Shown: positions 61,391 through 64,000 of the stretch, in pieces
Numbering within the stretch: the first letter of the stretch is position 1
Layout: each line of letters opens with the position of its first letter
Position numbers and translations under genes: made by a program
Origin: Candidatus Sysuiplasma acidicola
GTDB taxonomy: Archaea > Thermoplasmatota > Thermoplasmata > Sysuiplasmatales > Sysuiplasmataceae
Assembly (NCBI GenBank): GCA_019721035.1
Contig: JAHEAA010000011.1
Coordinates: 2,150-66,149, forward strand
Direction of reading: 5' to 3'
DNA length: 64,000 bases
The notes under the pieces: model-generated
What the model was told of the DNA's origin: nothing
The model's input: the letters and a program-made list of their open reading frames with translations, nothing else
Databases searched by the model: none

Positions 61391-61685
61391 CTGTTATCTG
61401 CCGATTCAACAACAATTGAACTGAAACACATGAGCGACGGCACTTCCGTGATGCGGCACGAATTGCCGCCTGCCCCGTCTTTGCTTCCCTTTCCGACCTC
61501 AATCATCAGGTTACATTGCTCCGTGTCTTTTTTGTGGTTCGTTCTGTCGTACTTTGAAGTGTTTAATAAACTCTTCTCCCTGCCTGACGGCGTCCGCCTG
61601 CCACCAAAGATGCATATCAGGGCATGTTCCGGCCCACTTTGAGAAGGGTTCTGACAGCATTCGGATGAAAGATTGTGAATGAGTC

Positions 61686-61907
61686 TCACGGAGAGGGTGT
61701 GCACTTTTCGCAATAATACTTTCCCTTCTTCACTTCCGCACCGTGCCATCTTCCATCGGGCGCTACCAGTCTGGACCCGCAGGCGAAGCATCGCTCATCT
61801 TCACCAGGAGGCACGAATACCACATTCATGTCGTATTTATGGGACCATGTGATATGGCCATCCTCCAGCGTCCTTCCCGCTATTCTGCCGTCCGGATTCG
61901 TGCTCAT
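61686..61907 (-). CDS. small zinc-ribbon protein, hypothetical
   Basis: The 73-aa protein carries CFACG...YYCEKC. It lies between the NAD-salvage genes and the kor genes on the same strand. Confidence 0.45.
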   Translation of the reverse strand: MSTNPDGRIAGRTLEDGHITWSHKYDMNVVFVPPGEDERCFACGSRLVAPDGRWHGAEVKKGKYYCEKCTPSP

Positions 61908-61973
61908 GCCACGAGCAATTGCGCATGCGTGACTTAAAACCTTTGCGGTGGCCGATATCGGGCTGCGCGTCAG

Positions 61974-63173
61974 TTATATTGGCATTTCTTCGACCGAGGA
62001 GAGCTGCTCAATGACATATGCACGGATTGAAGACGCATCCGTTTCGGGCGAACTCCTCTTTCCGTTGGACAGCACCTTTTTCAGCATTTTTCTCTGGACG
62101 ATGCCGCACGACGGGCATTTCTTCACTGCAGCGCCAGGAGCAGTGACATCGAACTGAAGACATGAGGGACACCTGTAGACTTCTTTCCTTCCCGAAAATT
62201 TTCCCCTTTTTGCAATCGCCCGACCGCCGACGGCCACTATATCCATGGAAAAGTCTACGACCGGCGCATTGCTGATCGCTGTGCCGACGCCAAAACCGTC
62301 GACACCCGCTTTCTTCAGCGCTTCCACATCTCCTTCCCTGATGCCTCCCGAGACGAATATCCTGACCTGTTTGAAACCGGAAGCGTCCAGCTCCCACCTT
62401 ACTTCGGAAACAATTGAAGGAAGCGAGCCTCTCCTTGACCTCGGTGTGTCCAGTCTCACTCCATAGAGATCCGGTATGGTCCTGGCAGCAATCAGTGCCT
62501 CCTGGCGCTCGTCGGAAAATGTATCCACCAGCGCAATTTTCTTTTCTCCCGGAGGCATTGCATCTGAATAGGCGCTGAATGCTTTCGACGATTCGCCGAA
62601 CATCAGCACAGCCGAGTGCGGCATGGTTCCCTGCGGCGCCTTCCCGATGGTGCTGGCGCCGATAATCGACGACACGGCGTCGCAACCGCCGATGTACGAC
62701 GCCCGGTCGATCATCGGTGCAATAGCTGGATGAGCCCTGCGTATTCCGAAGGCAAGCAGCGTCCTGTCGCCGCATCTCTTTCTGTATCTGGAGGTTACGG
62801 TTGTCACGCCCGACGAGTGGCAGATGAAGCCGAGCATGGGCGTCTCATAAACAGCGAAATCATAGTAGCTTCCGTCAATATACATCAGCGGCACGAGGAT
62901 GCCGCTGCGCGACCTGTTCCTGAAAAGGGTGCCCTCCGGCAGTGAATAAATATCGACAGGCATGCCCTCGAAGAGACGAATCACTTCTTCAAGACCCGCA
63001 AACACGGCCCATGTCCATCCTGCGGGAAATTCGCTGGCGGTGACTTCAGCACTCACTTTCTGCGAGGCAAGTCCGTTCTTTTCGAGTATCTTGCGCGTTT
63101 TCGTGAAATATGTATCTGTTGTCTCGCCGGCGGCTATCTGCTCGTCAGAGGCAGTGAAGAACTGTTTCAGAAT
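61974..63173 (-). CDS. pncB: nicotinate phosphoribosyltransferase (archaeal type with C-terminal zinc ribbon); start codon unresolved
   Basis: The translation contains FGIRRAHPAIAPMIDRASYIGG, GTMPHSAV, LDTPRSRRG, VSGGI and C-terminal CPSC...CPSCG. The track starts at GTG 63056. The frame stays open for 37 more codons (to the TAA at 63180-63182) that encode the family N-terminal TDTYF motif. Confidence 0.8.
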   Translation of the reverse strand: MLKQFFTASDEQIAAGETTDTYFTKTRKILEKNGLASQKVSAEVTASEFPAGWTWAVFAGLEEVIRLFEGMPVDIYSLPEGTLFRNRSRSGILVPLMYIDGSYYDFAVYETPMLGFICHSSGVTTVTSRYRKRCGDRTLLAFGIRRAHPAIAPMIDRASYIGGCDAVSSIIGASTIGKAPQGTMPHSAVLMFGESSKAFSAYSDAMPPGEKKIALVDTFSDERQEALIAARTIPDLYGVRLDTPRSRRGSLPSIVSEVRWELDASGFKQVRIFVSGGIREGDVEALKKAGVDGFGVGTAISNAPVVDFSMDIVAVGGRAIAKRGKFSGRKEVYRCPSCLQFDVTAPGAAVKKCPSCGIVQRKMLKKVLSNGKRSSPETDASSIRAYVIEQLSSVEEMPI

Positions 63174-63718
63174 TTCACCTTACCAAGAGAAACTATGGAT
63201 GTGCCATAGATTTCCTTCATGTATTTCAGAGCTGCTTTCTTCCTTGCAGGATTCATACTCTCGACGCAATCGCTGACAACGGTCAGTCTGTATCCGCGGA
63301 AGAAAGCGTCGGCGACATTGTGCTGTACACATATATCGGCGCTGATTCCGGCAAAATATATTTCATCGACACCTGCGGCTTTCAGCGTCCTGTCAAGAGG
63401 GGAGCTGAAGAAGCCCGAATATTGCTTCTTGGCGAAGACCTTCTCACCGCGTTCTGGCCTGAGCTCTTTCACTATTTCTGATCCACGGGTACCGGCCATG
63501 GCGTGTCTTCCCCATACACGCATCTCAGGATCGTCGGGATGATGCGAATCCCTGAGGTAAAAAACAGGAATGCCAGCACTTCTTGCTCTGTCAATCAGCG
63601 CACCGACAGCGGGCACGATATGCTCCGCTCTTTTCGAGCCGAACCTGCCAGTGACGAAGTCGTTAATCATATCCACTACAAGAACCGCCTTCACAGCAAT
63701 GCCTCCGTGCTCCTTCAA
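63167..63718 (-). CDS. pncA: nicotinamidase / isochorismatase-family cysteine hydrolase
   Basis: The translation contains AVLVVDMINDFV and VFAKKQYSGF. The catalytic Cys context is FAGISADICVQHN. The gene is adjacent to NAPRT, forming an NAD-salvage pair. Confidence 0.85.
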   Translation of the reverse strand: MKEHGGIAVKAVLVVDMINDFVTGRFGSKRAEHIVPAVGALIDRARSAGIPVFYLRDSHHPDDPEMRVWGRHAMAGTRGSEIVKELRPERGEKVFAKKQYSGFFSSPLDRTLKAAGVDEIYFAGISADICVQHNVADAFFRGYRLTVVSDCVESMNPARKKAALKYMKEIYGTSIVSLGKVKF

Positions 63719-63802
63719 CCGCAGGAATACCGCTTACAGGACAAAAAGATGTCAGTTCCACATGACATTATGCGCCGTTTGTAGCGTCATACGGGCAGCT
63801 CT

Positions 63803-63970
63803 TCAGGCATTTGGAAACGATATCGTCAGGTATTCGATTATAACAACCGTGGCGATTATGAGAGCGACGACGAGCCATGGATTCACTTTAAGCGCCTTTT
63901 CATCCTCGGCGTCGAAATATCTTATCAGACCTGCCGCGGACTGGAAACCTTCACCTTTTTTCTTGGCCAT
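63803..63970 (-). CDS. preprotein translocase subunit Sec61-beta (archaeal SecG)
   Basis: At 55 aa it is below the ORF-track cutoff. Manual translation gives MAKKKGEGFQSAAGLIRYFDAEDEKALKVNPWLVVALIIATVVIIEYLTISFPNA. This has the conserved SAAGLIRYFD box followed by a single C-terminal TM anchor. Confidence 0.7.
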   Translation of the reverse strand: MAKKKGEGFQSAAGLIRYFDAEDEKALKVNPWLVVALIIATVVIIEYLTISFPNA

Positions 63971-64000
63971 GACTTATGCTCCTACCATACTATTCCACGA

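Noticed and set aside
61391-61685. 295-nt non-coding gap upstream of korA with a TATA-like TTTATTAAA about 175 nt from the start and a TGATGA box on the minus strand; considered as an ncRNA or C/D-box sRNA locus
   Set aside because: No CUGA D/D' boxes lie at the required spacing after the TGATGA, no terminal stem is present and no convincing small ORF was found. A long leader or ordinary promoter region remains the simplest reading. I cannot fold or search it here.

Overview
This is a densely coding archaeal chromosomal segment with about 54 complete CDSs plus one CDS truncated at the left edge. Gene content and order suggest a Thermoplasmata-like euryarchaeon; that assignment is inference only. 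The supporting genes are an unsplit rpoB inside the rpoH-rpoB-rpoA1-rpoA2-rpl30e-nusA cluster, a thermosome, CDC48/VAT, a two-subunit 2-oxoacid:ferredoxin oxidoreductase, CDP-archaeol synthase and a ferredoxin plus geranylgeranyl reductase pair. Most of the window is housekeeping: purine, serine and pyrimidine synthesis, RPA, XPD, Hef, RNA polymerase, a chaperonin, an Sm protein, isoprenoid lipid genes, cobalamin genes and NAD salvage. I recognised no rRNA, tRNA or CRISPR array. Five signals are not explained by ordinary gene content. (1) A perfect 169-bp direct repeat duplicates the 3' end of a DUF309-type gene and brackets a 3.3-kb, apparently AT-richer insertion with no integrase. The insertion carries an OFA-type MFS transporter, a Bat/HTH_10-like regulator and a small Cys-rich membrane protein. 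(2) Two homologous relics of an IS200/IS605 tnpB 3' end, each followed by a conserved omega-RNA-like right end, lie in the same orientation 10.4 kb apart with no intact tnpB. (3) A co-directional cluster encodes a B12-binding-type radical SAM enzyme, a class I methyltransferase and an MMPL/RND exporter, with cobalamin genes nearby. (4) A perfect 7-N5-7 palindrome sits directly upstream of a trmB-family regulator that is divergent from the ferredoxin-GGR pair. (5) The NAPRT gene has a conserved N-terminus with no canonical start codon and overlaps the nicotinamidase stop. I did not find a convincing self-contained novel system such as a defence island, so the interest scores are deliberately moderate. 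All family calls come from reading translated motifs by eye. No database search, HMM, RNA folding or composition calculation was run.
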